Origin: Chloroflexota bacterium
GTDB lineage: Bacteria; Chloroflexota; Anaerolineae; UBA4142
Reading direction: 5' to 3'
NCBI GenBank assembly: GCA_016223105.1
Contig: JACRPR010000082.1
Span: 22,150-71,057, forward strand
DNA: 48,908 nucleotides
Shown here: one piece after another, positions 39,738 to 47,589 of the stretch
How positions within the stretch are numbered: the first letter of the stretch is position 1
How the letters are laid out: every line of letters begins with the position of its first letter
Notes under the pieces: generated by a model
Told to the model about the DNA's origin: nothing
Seen by the model: the letters and a program-made list of their open reading frames with translations, nothing else
The model's database searches: none
Position numbers and translations under genes: made by a program

Positions 39738-40853
39738 ATGCGTGGTTGTCTTGCATTTTTTATCGCGCTCGCGTTCGTCGCGTGCTTGCCGCTATCGTTG
39801 CTCGCGTTCAACGTCAACCGCGTCGTGTTCGACGCGCCGCTCGTCAAGCGCGTCGTAACGAAACAAGTAACCGAGTCGGATTTGATCGCGGTCACTTTGC
39901 AATGGCTCGCGCAGAAACGCGCGCAAGAGCGTGTGTTGACCGGCGAAGCGCAAACCGCGATCCGCGAACCGGACGCGCTCAAGGCGTTGCAATTTCCAAC
40001 GCTCGACGCGTGGCGCAAAATTCGCGCGCTCGTTCTGCCGAATCAATTTCTCGCGCAGTGGACGGCGACAACGGTTGACGGCGTGTACGGTTGGATTGAC
40101 AGCACGGACGCGATCCCCAACATCGTCCTGGATTTTCGCGCGTGGAAAGCGCAAATGAAAAGCGCGAACGGGCATCAGGCAATTCAAATCGTGTACGATA
40201 CCGTGCCCGCGTGCAAGCAAGCGGACATTGACGATTTTCTCAAACGACTTGCCGCGACGCCGCCGGGCAAAGAAGTGCTTTACAATTTGTACACGCCGTG
40301 CAAATTCCCCGACCCGTGGCGCAAAGATCAAAACCAGGATTACCTCGACGGGCGCGATGAGATTATGAACAACGCGCCGGATGTTTTCGATTTGCCTAAA
40401 GAATTATCGCGCATTGACAAGCAAGCCGGCGTCGGCGCGGACGCGCTCAAGCAACAACTCAAAACGATTCGGCTTTTGGGTTGGGCATCGCTTGTCGCGC
40501 CGCTCGTGTTGATCGCGTTGCTTGTTCTGCTCGGCATCCGTTCGCAAATGGGGACCGCGCGCTGGCTCGGCTTGCCCCTGCTTGTCGGCGGTTTGCTCTC
40601 GCTTTTGCCGACGTTGACGTACTCGCTCGTCGTCGGCGCGATGTTGACCGGCGGCGCGATGAGTGAAGTGCCGAAAGAAGTTACCGCCGAGTTCACGCGC
40701 GCGTTCGGCGTTTTGCTCGCGGAAATTTTCAATCCGATGTTGCTCGAATCGCTCGCGTTGATGGTGATCGGATTGATCGTCGTGATCGTCGGCATCGCGC
40801 GCAAACCGAAAACGCAACCGAGCGCGCCGCCCGCGGGTCCCGAAGCGTTGTGA
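39738..40853 (+). CDS. Uncharacterised membrane protein (N-terminal TM, extracytoplasmic domain, 3 C-terminal TMs)
   Basis: AGGAGG RBS; hydropathy pattern. Confidence 0.75.
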   Translation: MRGCLAFFIALAFVACLPLSLLAFNVNRVVFDAPLVKRVVTKQVTESDLIAVTLQWLAQKRAQERVLTGEAQTAIREPDALKALQFPTLDAWRKIRALVLPNQFLAQWTATTVDGVYGWIDSTDAIPNIVLDFRAWKAQMKSANGHQAIQIVYDTVPACKQADIDDFLKRLAATPPGKEVLYNLYTPCKFPDPWRKDQNQDYLDGRDEIMNNAPDVFDLPKELSRIDKQAGVGADALKQQLKTIRLLGWASLVAPLVLIALLVLLGIRSQMGTARWLGLPLLVGGLLSLLPTLTYSLVVGAMLTGGAMSEVPKEVTAEFTRAFGVLLAEIFNPMLLESLALMVIGLIVVIVGIARKPKTQPSAPPAGPEAL

Positions 40854-40951
40854 AAGTGATCCGCGAATCGCGCGAAAGGCGGGAGAGGGCTTGAGTGGGC
40901 GAAGCAATTTTTATTCGCGATGATTCGCGGATCAAAAAAGGAATTACAAAA

Positions 40952-41509
40952 ATGAATCGCGCAAAATTTGTAATCGTGTTGGGTTTGTTCGCCGCGCTGA
41001 TGATTTTATCCGCGTGCGATGCGCTCGGCGTGCCGATGCTCGCGCCGCCGACGCCATTCCCAACGTCAACACCGTTCGCGCTTGGCGCGCCAACATCAAT
41101 CGCGAGCAAGTGCGTGCCGCACACGCCGCAAGCGCTCAAGCCGTCGAACCTGGTCGCCGAGTTGATTATGGCGGAAGGCGCGGGCGCGAACGGCGAGCCG
41201 GTGAATCGTACCGGCGAATTCCTGGCTCGCGAAACAATTCACGCGATAGTCGGCATCAAGAACGCGCCGGCGAACACGAAAATTCGCGCGGTCTTTTACG
41301 CGCTCGATGCGGGCAATGCGACGCAATGCAATGTGAAACTCGGCGAGTCGGAACAGAGCGCGAGCGGATCGCGTTACCTCGATTTCGCGCTCGCGCCGGC
41401 AAATGACAAACCCTGGTTGCTCGGCAAATATCGCGTTGAAATTTTTGTCAACGGCGCGCTCGATCACGTCGCGAATTTCGTCGTCGTCACGCAAAAGCAA
41501 GTGCATTGA
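40952..41509 (+). CDS. Lipoprotein of unknown function
   Basis: Lipobox LSAC, Pro/Thr linker, beta-rich domain ending W..GKYRVEIFVNG. Confidence 0.78.
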   Translation: MNRAKFVIVLGLFAALMILSACDALGVPMLAPPTPFPTSTPFALGAPTSIASKCVPHTPQALKPSNLVAELIMAEGAGANGEPVNRTGEFLARETIHAIVGIKNAPANTKIRAVFYALDAGNATQCNVKLGESEQSASGSRYLDFALAPANDKPWLLGKYRVEIFVNGALDHVANFVVVTQKQVH

Positions 41510-41552
41510 CGAAGGGCAAATTTGCTCAACGATCTCACACGGAGGGAGACCA

Positions 41553-42548
41553 ATGAAAAAATTAATCGCACTCGTTTTCGGCGCGCTGGCACTCTCGGCG
41601 TGCGCTACACCGACGCCAACGTCGGTGCCGCCAACCGCGACGCCGGTTCCACCAACGTCGGTGCCGACCGCGACGCGCGTCCCGCCGACCGGAACGCCGG
41701 TTCCACCGACCGCGACTGCGACGCCGGTTCCGGCAACCGCGACGCCAACGCGTCCGCCATCGCCCACAGTGATCCCAGGATTGCCCGCGCAACCGCGCGC
41801 GCTCAAATTCAAAGCATCCGATGGTCGCGAGTTGGACGGCACGTACTATCCCGGCGCGACGAATCCCGCGCCGATGATTGTGTTGATGCACTGGGTCAGA
41901 TCGGATCAAACCGATTGGGCGGAGGTTGCGTTCTGGTTGCAAAATCGCGGACTGGGCGGCGCGACGGCGAACCCGGGAAAGTTTCCGTGGCGCGACCGCT
42001 CCTGGTTTCCGGCGATGCTGACCGGCAAATCGTTCGCGGTGTTCACATTCAATTTTCGCGGATGCACATCGAACGGTTGTCCCGGTTTCGATCAACCGGG
42101 TTGGTTGCAAGACGCGTATGCCGCGCTCAAAACCGCGAGCGAACTCGATGGCGTGGACGCGAAAAAAGTTGTCGTCGCCGGCGCGAGCATCGGCGCGGAC
42201 GGCGCGGTGAACGCGTGCGCGTGGCTCAACGCGCAAAAGGGGAAAGGCGCGTGCGTCGGCGCGTTCGCGCTTTCGCCGGGCGGCTATCTCACGATGCCAT
42301 ATCCCGCCGCCGTGTTGCCTTTGCAAAATGAACAACCCGCGAAACCAGTGTGGTGTCTCGCCGGCGATGGCGACCGCGAATCCGCGCCGACGTGCAAGTC
42401 CGCCACGGGCGCGGCGCATCGCCTCATCGAATTTGCCGGCAATCCGCACGGCATGGATTTGATCAATCCCAATCTCAAACCGAAAGGGTTGACGGTCAAC
42501 GCACTGCAATTGATGTTGGATTGGCTCAAGCAGAGTTTGGGGTTGTGA
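41553..42548 (+). CDS. Lipoprotein alpha/beta-hydrolase
   Basis: MKKLIALVFGALALSAC, PT-rich linker, GASIG nucleophile elbow, LSPG, GD..S, HG..L. Confidence 0.85.
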   Translation: MKKLIALVFGALALSACATPTPTSVPPTATPVPPTSVPTATRVPPTGTPVPPTATATPVPATATPTRPPSPTVIPGLPAQPRALKFKASDGRELDGTYYPGATNPAPMIVLMHWVRSDQTDWAEVAFWLQNRGLGGATANPGKFPWRDRSWFPAMLTGKSFAVFTFNFRGCTSNGCPGFDQPGWLQDAYAALKTASELDGVDAKKVVVAGASIGADGAVNACAWLNAQKGKGACVGAFALSPGGYLTMPYPAAVLPLQNEQPAKPVWCLAGDGDRESAPTCKSATGAAHRLIEFAGNPHGMDLINPNLKPKGLTVNALQLMLDWLKQSLGL

Positions 42549-42553
42549 AGACA

Positions 42554-42586
42554 AGACCCGAAGGGTTTGCAAAACCCTTCGGGTCT
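42554..42586. repeat. REP palindrome / bidirectional terminator AGACCCGAAGGGTTT-GCA-AAACCCTTCGGGTCT
   Basis: Perfect 15-bp arms between convergent genes. Confidence 0.8.
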
Positions 42587-42590
42587 CGTT

Positions 42591-44267
42591 TTACGATTTA
42601 TGCGCGCGCTTGTCTTCGTACATTCGCGCGTCCGCGATTTTGAACGTTGCCTCCAGCGCGCTGTCGCGCGCGGTCGCGACGCCGAGCGATAAATTCAATT
42701 CAAGATCGGTGGCGTGTGAATTGAGTTCGGCTAAATTTTCGCGGACGCGCGTGATCATGCCGGCGGCGGTGGGCGCATCGGTGCCCGGCAGAATCAGCGC
42801 GAATTCATCGCCGCCGATGCGCGCGATAATATCGGACGCGCGGAACACGGCTTGAAACACGCGCGCGGCGCGCTTGAGCAATTCATCGCCGGCGGCGTGC
42901 CCGCGTGTATCGTTGTTGATTTTCATATCGTCCACGTCCGCGACGATGATGCTGACCGGCAATTCGTGGCTTGCGCCCAAACGGGCGAGCTCGGTTTCAA
43001 AAAACGCGCGATTGTAGACGCCGGTCAACGCATCGTGCGTACTTAGAAATTTGAGTTGTTCCTCAACGCGTTTTTGGGCGGTGAGATCGGTGACGACCGC
43101 AATCGTCCCGGCGACCTTGCCACTCACCCAGCGCGGCACGCCGGTAATCAACGCGGTAACGATAGAGCCATCCGCGCGGTGAAAGCGCGTTTCATACGAG
43201 GTGGTTTTGCCGGTGTGGCGTTCCGCGCGCGCGCGCGCCAACGCCATGTGATCTTCGGCAAGCGTGGCATCTGCCGGCTGTTTGCCGATCAATTCTTCGC
43301 TGGGCAGTCCGACCATTTGCGCGTACGCGCGATTGACGTAGACAAAACGCGAATCGGCGTCGGTAACGGTCAAGCCCTGTCCCATCGTGTCCATCACGGT
43401 CATTGCAAAATCGCGTTGCGTTTGTAATTCGTGTTCCAATTGTTTGCGTTCGGTGATATCGCGATTACTGCCGCGTGTGCCGAGAAATTTGTCGGTGGCA
43501 TCAAAAACCGGTTGGCACACATGCCCAATCCAGCGTTCGCTTTGATCGGGAAGCAAAATGCGAAACTCGATCGCGCCCGGCAATTTTTCCGCGCGCACAC
43601 GCGCGGAATGTGCGGCGAACTGCGCGCGATCCGCCGGGTGAACGATGCGAAACAGCAAATCTGGGTCGCGGACGCCGCCGCGCCCATCGCCGACCTGGTA
43701 TCCTTGAAACGCGTGACACTTGAGACAATGTTCTTCGGTCATCATCGGACGCATCATTCGCAAAACCGGCGCGCGATTTTTTTCGACAAACCCGCTCACT
43801 TGGCGCGCGCCGCGTTCGAGTTGCATCAGCGCATCGCGCTCCCATTCGTCCGGCGCGTTGATCGGATTGAGTGGTTTGAGACTGGTGATCCGATTTTCGA
43901 TGCCGGTGCGCGCGCCAAATTCTTGGCCGAATTGGCGGAGGATGTACGCCGGATTCATCAGCGTTAAGTGAACTCCAGCGGGGGTTGTGATGTCGCGCTC
44001 GGGGATGTGTGCCAGGTATGGATTGGGCGGCGTCCGTACATCTATCGGCACGTACACACCGCCGTGTTGCGATGCCCACAAACGTAATCCTTGATCCAAC
44101 TCCAAAAGTGTCTGCGCTTGGGCGCGCGCAAGGTCTTGTGTTTCCAGACGGGTTGCCGATAACCGCATAATTAAAATGACCGTTATGATGATCGTCCAAG
44201 CCGCAACAAACACCCAAGCCAGAAGGGTAAAGCGTCGTCCAAGTGGGGTTAAAGATAAATTCGGCAT
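42591..44267 (-). CDS. DUF3365/Tll0287-like heme-c sensor + PAS + GGDEF diguanylate cyclase with apparent internal deletion
   Basis: One N-terminal TM, HGGVYVP, TLMNPAY, TSLKPLNPINAPDEWE, CLKCH, GYQVGD.RGG joined directly to a half PAS; HDALTG, RASD, GGDEF. Confidence 0.85.
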   Translation of the reverse strand: MPNLSLTPLGRRFTLLAWVFVAAWTIIITVILIMRLSATRLETQDLARAQAQTLLELDQGLRLWASQHGGVYVPIDVRTPPNPYLAHIPERDITTPAGVHLTLMNPAYILRQFGQEFGARTGIENRITSLKPLNPINAPDEWERDALMQLERGARQVSGFVEKNRAPVLRMMRPMMTEEHCLKCHAFQGYQVGDGRGGVRDPDLLFRIVHPADRAQFAAHSARVRAEKLPGAIEFRILLPDQSERWIGHVCQPVFDATDKFLGTRGSNRDITERKQLEHELQTQRDFAMTVMDTMGQGLTVTDADSRFVYVNRAYAQMVGLPSEELIGKQPADATLAEDHMALARARAERHTGKTTSYETRFHRADGSIVTALITGVPRWVSGKVAGTIAVVTDLTAQKRVEEQLKFLSTHDALTGVYNRAFFETELARLGASHELPVSIIVADVDDMKINNDTRGHAAGDELLKRAARVFQAVFRASDIIARIGGDEFALILPGTDAPTAAGMITRVRENLAELNSHATDLELNLSLGVATARDSALEATFKIADARMYEDKRAHKS

Positions 44268-44435
44268 AGGTTTCTCTTTCATCGCGCCATTGACCGCGAT
44301 TTGAGTATAGCATACAACGGAGATGGATAAATAGGTTATTGTATCAATGCCGCGCCGAAACAAAAAACGCAGAGAGTCAAGCCCCATCGCTTTTTCTCTG
44401 CGCTCTTTACAGACCTACAAACCCGCGCGAAAAAT

Positions 44436-45137
44436 TTATCGGTTGACTGGCTCGGTCTGCCGATGTTCCATTGACTTGAACATCACATAGCAGATCAGCA
44501 TAAACGCCGCGAACAACATCGTTACGCCGTACATTTGCGAATAGCGCAACGGATGCGCGAGCCGGGTCGCGATATCGAGCGCGAGCATCTGCGGCTCGAA
44601 AAACAAATCCCAGGAATTCCAATTCAAAAAGCGTCCGAGGTAAATGCCGAATCCGCTCAAGCCGATCATGCCGAGCGCGAACAACCAACTGAGCGCGCGC
44701 CCCAGGATTTGCGCGATCACATCTTGCACCGCGCTGAGCGACGCGACGCCGAGAAAAACGCCGGTCCACGCGAACGTCGCCAACATTCCGATATCGTACC
44801 ACATCGGCACCGGCAGACGTTCGTCAAGATGCCACAGATCGGTAACGAGGTACGGCGCGTTCGGCAAAAAGAGCAACCACAGCGCGCCCGGCACAACGAG
44901 CAACCACCAATGGCGCGGCTGGCGCGCGCGGATCAACACGATCAGCAACGCGCCCAGGTACGGAATCCACGCGAGAAAAAGATTCCACACCAAAAAGCGA
45001 TACGTTTGCGCGCGACTGAGATAGACGCGTCCCACAAACAACGCGAGCGCGAGCAGAGAGGACAGGACGAGCGGGTAAACGAGATGGTTGATGTTGAACC
45101 GGTGCACGCGGCGAATCAGCGCGAGGGGATTGGACAT
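44436..45137 (-). CDS. DUF1361 family membrane protein
   Basis: FLVWNLFLAWIP, WLLFLPNAPYLVTDL.HL, GIYLGRFL.WNSWD; AGGAGG RBS. Confidence 0.9.
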   Translation of the reverse strand: MSNPLALIRRVHRFNINHLVYPLVLSSLLALALFVGRVYLSRAQTYRFLVWNLFLAWIPYLGALLIVLIRARQPRHWWLLVVPGALWLLFLPNAPYLVTDLWHLDERLPVPMWYDIGMLATFAWTGVFLGVASLSAVQDVIAQILGRALSWLFALGMIGLSGFGIYLGRFLNWNSWDLFFEPQMLALDIATRLAHPLRYSQMYGVTMLFAAFMLICYVMFKSMEHRQTEPVNR

Positions 45138-45218
45138 TCAGACCTCCTGATTGTGAATTCGGTGAACGTCGGAATCGGTTGGCTTGATTATACCGGATTC
45201 GCGTATGGAATACAAAGT

Positions 45219-45245
45219 GTAGGCAAATTTATAAATTTGCCCTAC
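45219..45245. repeat. GTAG-type REP palindrome
   Basis: GTAGGCAAATTTATAAATTTGCCCTAC. Confidence 0.75.
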
Positions 45246-45246
45246 G

Positions 45247-46089
45247 TCAGCGTTGAATTTTGATGCGCGTTTTGCCGCTCCATAACGCGTTCTTGCCGCG
45301 CATTTCCATATCCACGATGTACTCGCTGTTCGCCACGACATTGTTCGTGCCGGGAAAGCGCGCGTTCGGATCGGCGATGTTCAAATAATCGCACTGATTC
45401 GATCCGCCGAACGCGCAGTACGGCGCGCTCGTTTCGCGATGCGTGTACACCGGGCGCATCGTTTGGCAGGCATTACTTCCCGGGTTGATGCACTGATTGA
45501 AAATAAATTCGGCTTGCGTTACATCGTTCCCGTCCGGTCGTGTGCGACAATTCGGCACGCACGCAATAATTCGCAGGATGAGCATTTTGCCGATCTGTCC
45601 ACCGACGACGCGCGCTTCCATATTGTCGCCGTCTTGTTGAAACACACCGAGTTGCGGCAAAAACGGAGTGGGCGACGCGGCGGGTGGTTGTGGTGGATTG
45701 GTGGGCGGAATTGCTGTGGGTGGGATCGGAGTGGATGCGAGTGGAGTGGGCAATGCGGGCGCGGGGCTGGGACTGGGAACTTGCGCGATTTGTTGTGCGG
45801 TTGGCGGCGGCGCGATGATCTGCGTTGGCGCGGGCGTTGCGGTGATGACGATGACGACCGGCGTCGGTGCGGAGGTCAGCACGATTTCGCACGCCAGCGT
45901 CGCGAGCGCGGCGCACGCGACCAGGATCAAAACACGGATTGAATTTTTTATTTGCCTGACTCGATCTGTCATTGCGAGCGGTTTTTGCGAAGCAATCTCC
46001 GACCTGGTTGATCCAGAACTGTCTCGCGGAGATTGCTTCGTCGCGAAAAACGCTCCTCGCAATGACAGCAGAATATTTTTTATTTGCAT
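45247..46089 (-). CDS. Lipoprotein, tandem paralog 1 (4-Cys domain), with palindromic element in its N-terminus
   Basis: TAATG coupling at 46089; lipobox LATLAC; PT linker; LPQLGVF..IACVPNC..RPDG..APYCAFGG..CD. Confidence 0.75.
   Translation of the reverse strand: MQIKNILLSLRGAFFATKQSPRDSSGSTRSEIASQKPLAMTDRVRQIKNSIRVLILVACAALATLACEIVLTSAPTPVVIVITATPAPTQIIAPPPTAQQIAQVPSPSPAPALPTPLASTPIPPTAIPPTNPPQPPAASPTPFLPQLGVFQQDGDNMEARVVGGQIGKMLILRIIACVPNCRTRPDGNDVTQAEFIFNQCINPGSNACQTMRPVYTHRETSAPYCAFGGSNQCDYLNIADPNARFPGTNNVVANSEYIVDMEMRGKNALWSGKTRIKIQR
45968..46067. repeat. Complete TGTCATTGCGAG...CTCGCAATGACA palindromic element
   Basis: Same termini as 10805-10886 and 27339-27473. Confidence 0.9.
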
Positions 46090-46637
46090 TAACGCCTCAC
46101 GGTAAATTTGAATCTGCCGTCCCACGCGCCGCTATTTTTATCGGCGGCGGTAACGCGCAGAATGTAATCCGCGTTTTCGATCACGGTATTCGTCGCGAGC
46201 CATTTGGCGTTGCGCTCCGCGATGCTCAACGCGTCGCACGCGCCGGTTCCGCCGAACGCACAAAAGGGCGATTGCGTTTCGGTGTGTTCAAAAACCAGGT
46301 CGCCCGGTTGCCCTTGCGCGGTTACGCGCAAAATCGCAAACTTGACCGCGACGACATCGCGCCCATCGGGACGATTATTGCAATTCGGACTGCACGCGAT
46401 TACGCGAAAAACCAGGCGCGTGCCGGATTGTCCGCCGAATAAAAATAAATCGAACGCGCCGCCGCCTTGATCGAATACGCCGAGTTGCGGGAGCGCCGGC
46501 GTCGCGGGCGCGTTCGCCGGGACGCGCGGCAGGATGGTCGGATTCGCAATCGAGATCGGTTGCGGCGCGCGCGTGCTGTTGCACGCGCTCAACGCGACGC
46601 CAGCGGCAAAAATTAAAACGCGAATAAAATTTTTCAT
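46089..46637 (-). CDS. Lipoprotein, tandem paralog 2
   Basis: MKNFIRVLIFAAGVALSAC; LPQLGVFDQGGG..IACSPNC..RPDG..SPFCAFGG..CD. Confidence 0.8.
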   Translation of the reverse strand: MKNFIRVLIFAAGVALSACNSTRAPQPISIANPTILPRVPANAPATPALPQLGVFDQGGGAFDLFLFGGQSGTRLVFRVIACSPNCNNRPDGRDVVAVKFAILRVTAQGQPGDLVFEHTETQSPFCAFGGTGACDALSIAERNAKWLATNTVIENADYILRVTAADKNSGAWDGRFKFTVRR

Positions 46638-46655
46638 TTCATTTTTGCTGAATTC

Positions 46656-46726
46656 GCCACAGAGGGCACAGGGGACACAGAGGGAAAAAAATAAAAAATC
46701 TCTGTGCTCTCTGTTCACCCTGTGGC
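46656..46726. repeat. Inverted 9-mer array (CACAGAGGG)n / (CTCTGTG..)n
   Basis: GCCACAGAGGGCACAGGGGACACAGAG...CTCTGTGCTCTCTGTTCACCCTGTGGC. Confidence 0.75.
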
Positions 46727-46729
46727 TAA

Positions 46730-46884
46730 GAGAGTGTTTTGAAATTCAGCGTGGGCGATTGAAATCGCTGCAACTCACGGCAAAACCGACCTCCGTCGGT
46801 TTGGACTCAATCGCCGAATGGCGATCTCGCCTTGTGTAGACGCGCGCGAAGCGTCCAACCGCCGATTGGAATTTAAAAACTTTC
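46730..46884. mobile_element. Probable degenerate MITE with TAA flanks and internal hairpins
   Basis: GAGAGTGTTTTGAAATTC versus GAATTTAAAAACTTTC (imperfect IR); TAA on both sides; internal GCGATTGAAATCGC and AAACCGAC..GTCGGTTT hairpins. Confidence 0.45.
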
Positions 46885-46891
46885 TAAGCAA

Positions 46892-47581
46892 TTATCGTTG
46901 CACGCGGAATTGCACAAAGCCGTTCCAACTGCCCGACCGCCTGCCGCCCGCGAAAATTTGCAGAACGTACTCGCCATTCGCGATCACGGTTTGTGTGCGG
47001 AGCCACGTCGCGTTCGGATTGCTCACATCCAAAAAATCACAACGCCCTTCGCCGCCGAACGCGCAGTACGGCGCGGTGTAATCGGTGTAATCGTACAGAT
47101 GTTGAAGCGTTCCGCCCGGCGTGCGCCGCGCGAAAATAAATTGCACGAGCTCGACGTTCGCGCCATCGGGACGATTGAAACAATTCGGCACACACGCGAT
47201 TGCGCGAAAGCCGAGTTGCATTTGCGCGAGCGCGGTACCGAATACCGTAACCTCCATATCGCCGCCGCCTTGATCGAACACTCCCAGTTGCGGCAGAAAC
47301 GGCGTCGGCGATGCGCCGACCGGAATTGGTGTGAGTGTCGGCGCGATTTGAGTTGGCGCGATGGTCGGCGCGATCGCGATGGGTTGAGAAGTTGGTGACG
47401 CAATCGGCGCAGTCGTCGGCGCGGGCGTCGCGGTAACAACCAGGACGACCGGCGATGGCGCGGGCGTCGCGGTAACGACGATGATGATCGGCGTCGGCGT
47501 CGCGCTCAAAATCACTTCGCACGCGATTGTCGCGAGCGCGGCGCACGCGACCACGAGCCACATTCGAATTCGCGGTTTCAT
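46892..47581 (-). CDS. Lipoprotein, tandem paralog 3
   Basis: MKPRIRMWLVVACAALATIAC; LPQLGVFDQGGG..IACVPNC..RPDG..APYCAFGG..CD. Confidence 0.8.
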   Translation of the reverse strand: MKPRIRMWLVVACAALATIACEVILSATPTPIIIVVTATPAPSPVVLVVTATPAPTTAPIASPTSQPIAIAPTIAPTQIAPTLTPIPVGASPTPFLPQLGVFDQGGGDMEVTVFGTALAQMQLGFRAIACVPNCFNRPDGANVELVQFIFARRTPGGTLQHLYDYTDYTAPYCAFGGEGRCDFLDVSNPNATWLRTQTVIANGEYVLQIFAGGRRSGSWNGFVQFRVQR

Positions 47582-47589
47582 TGCTAAAG

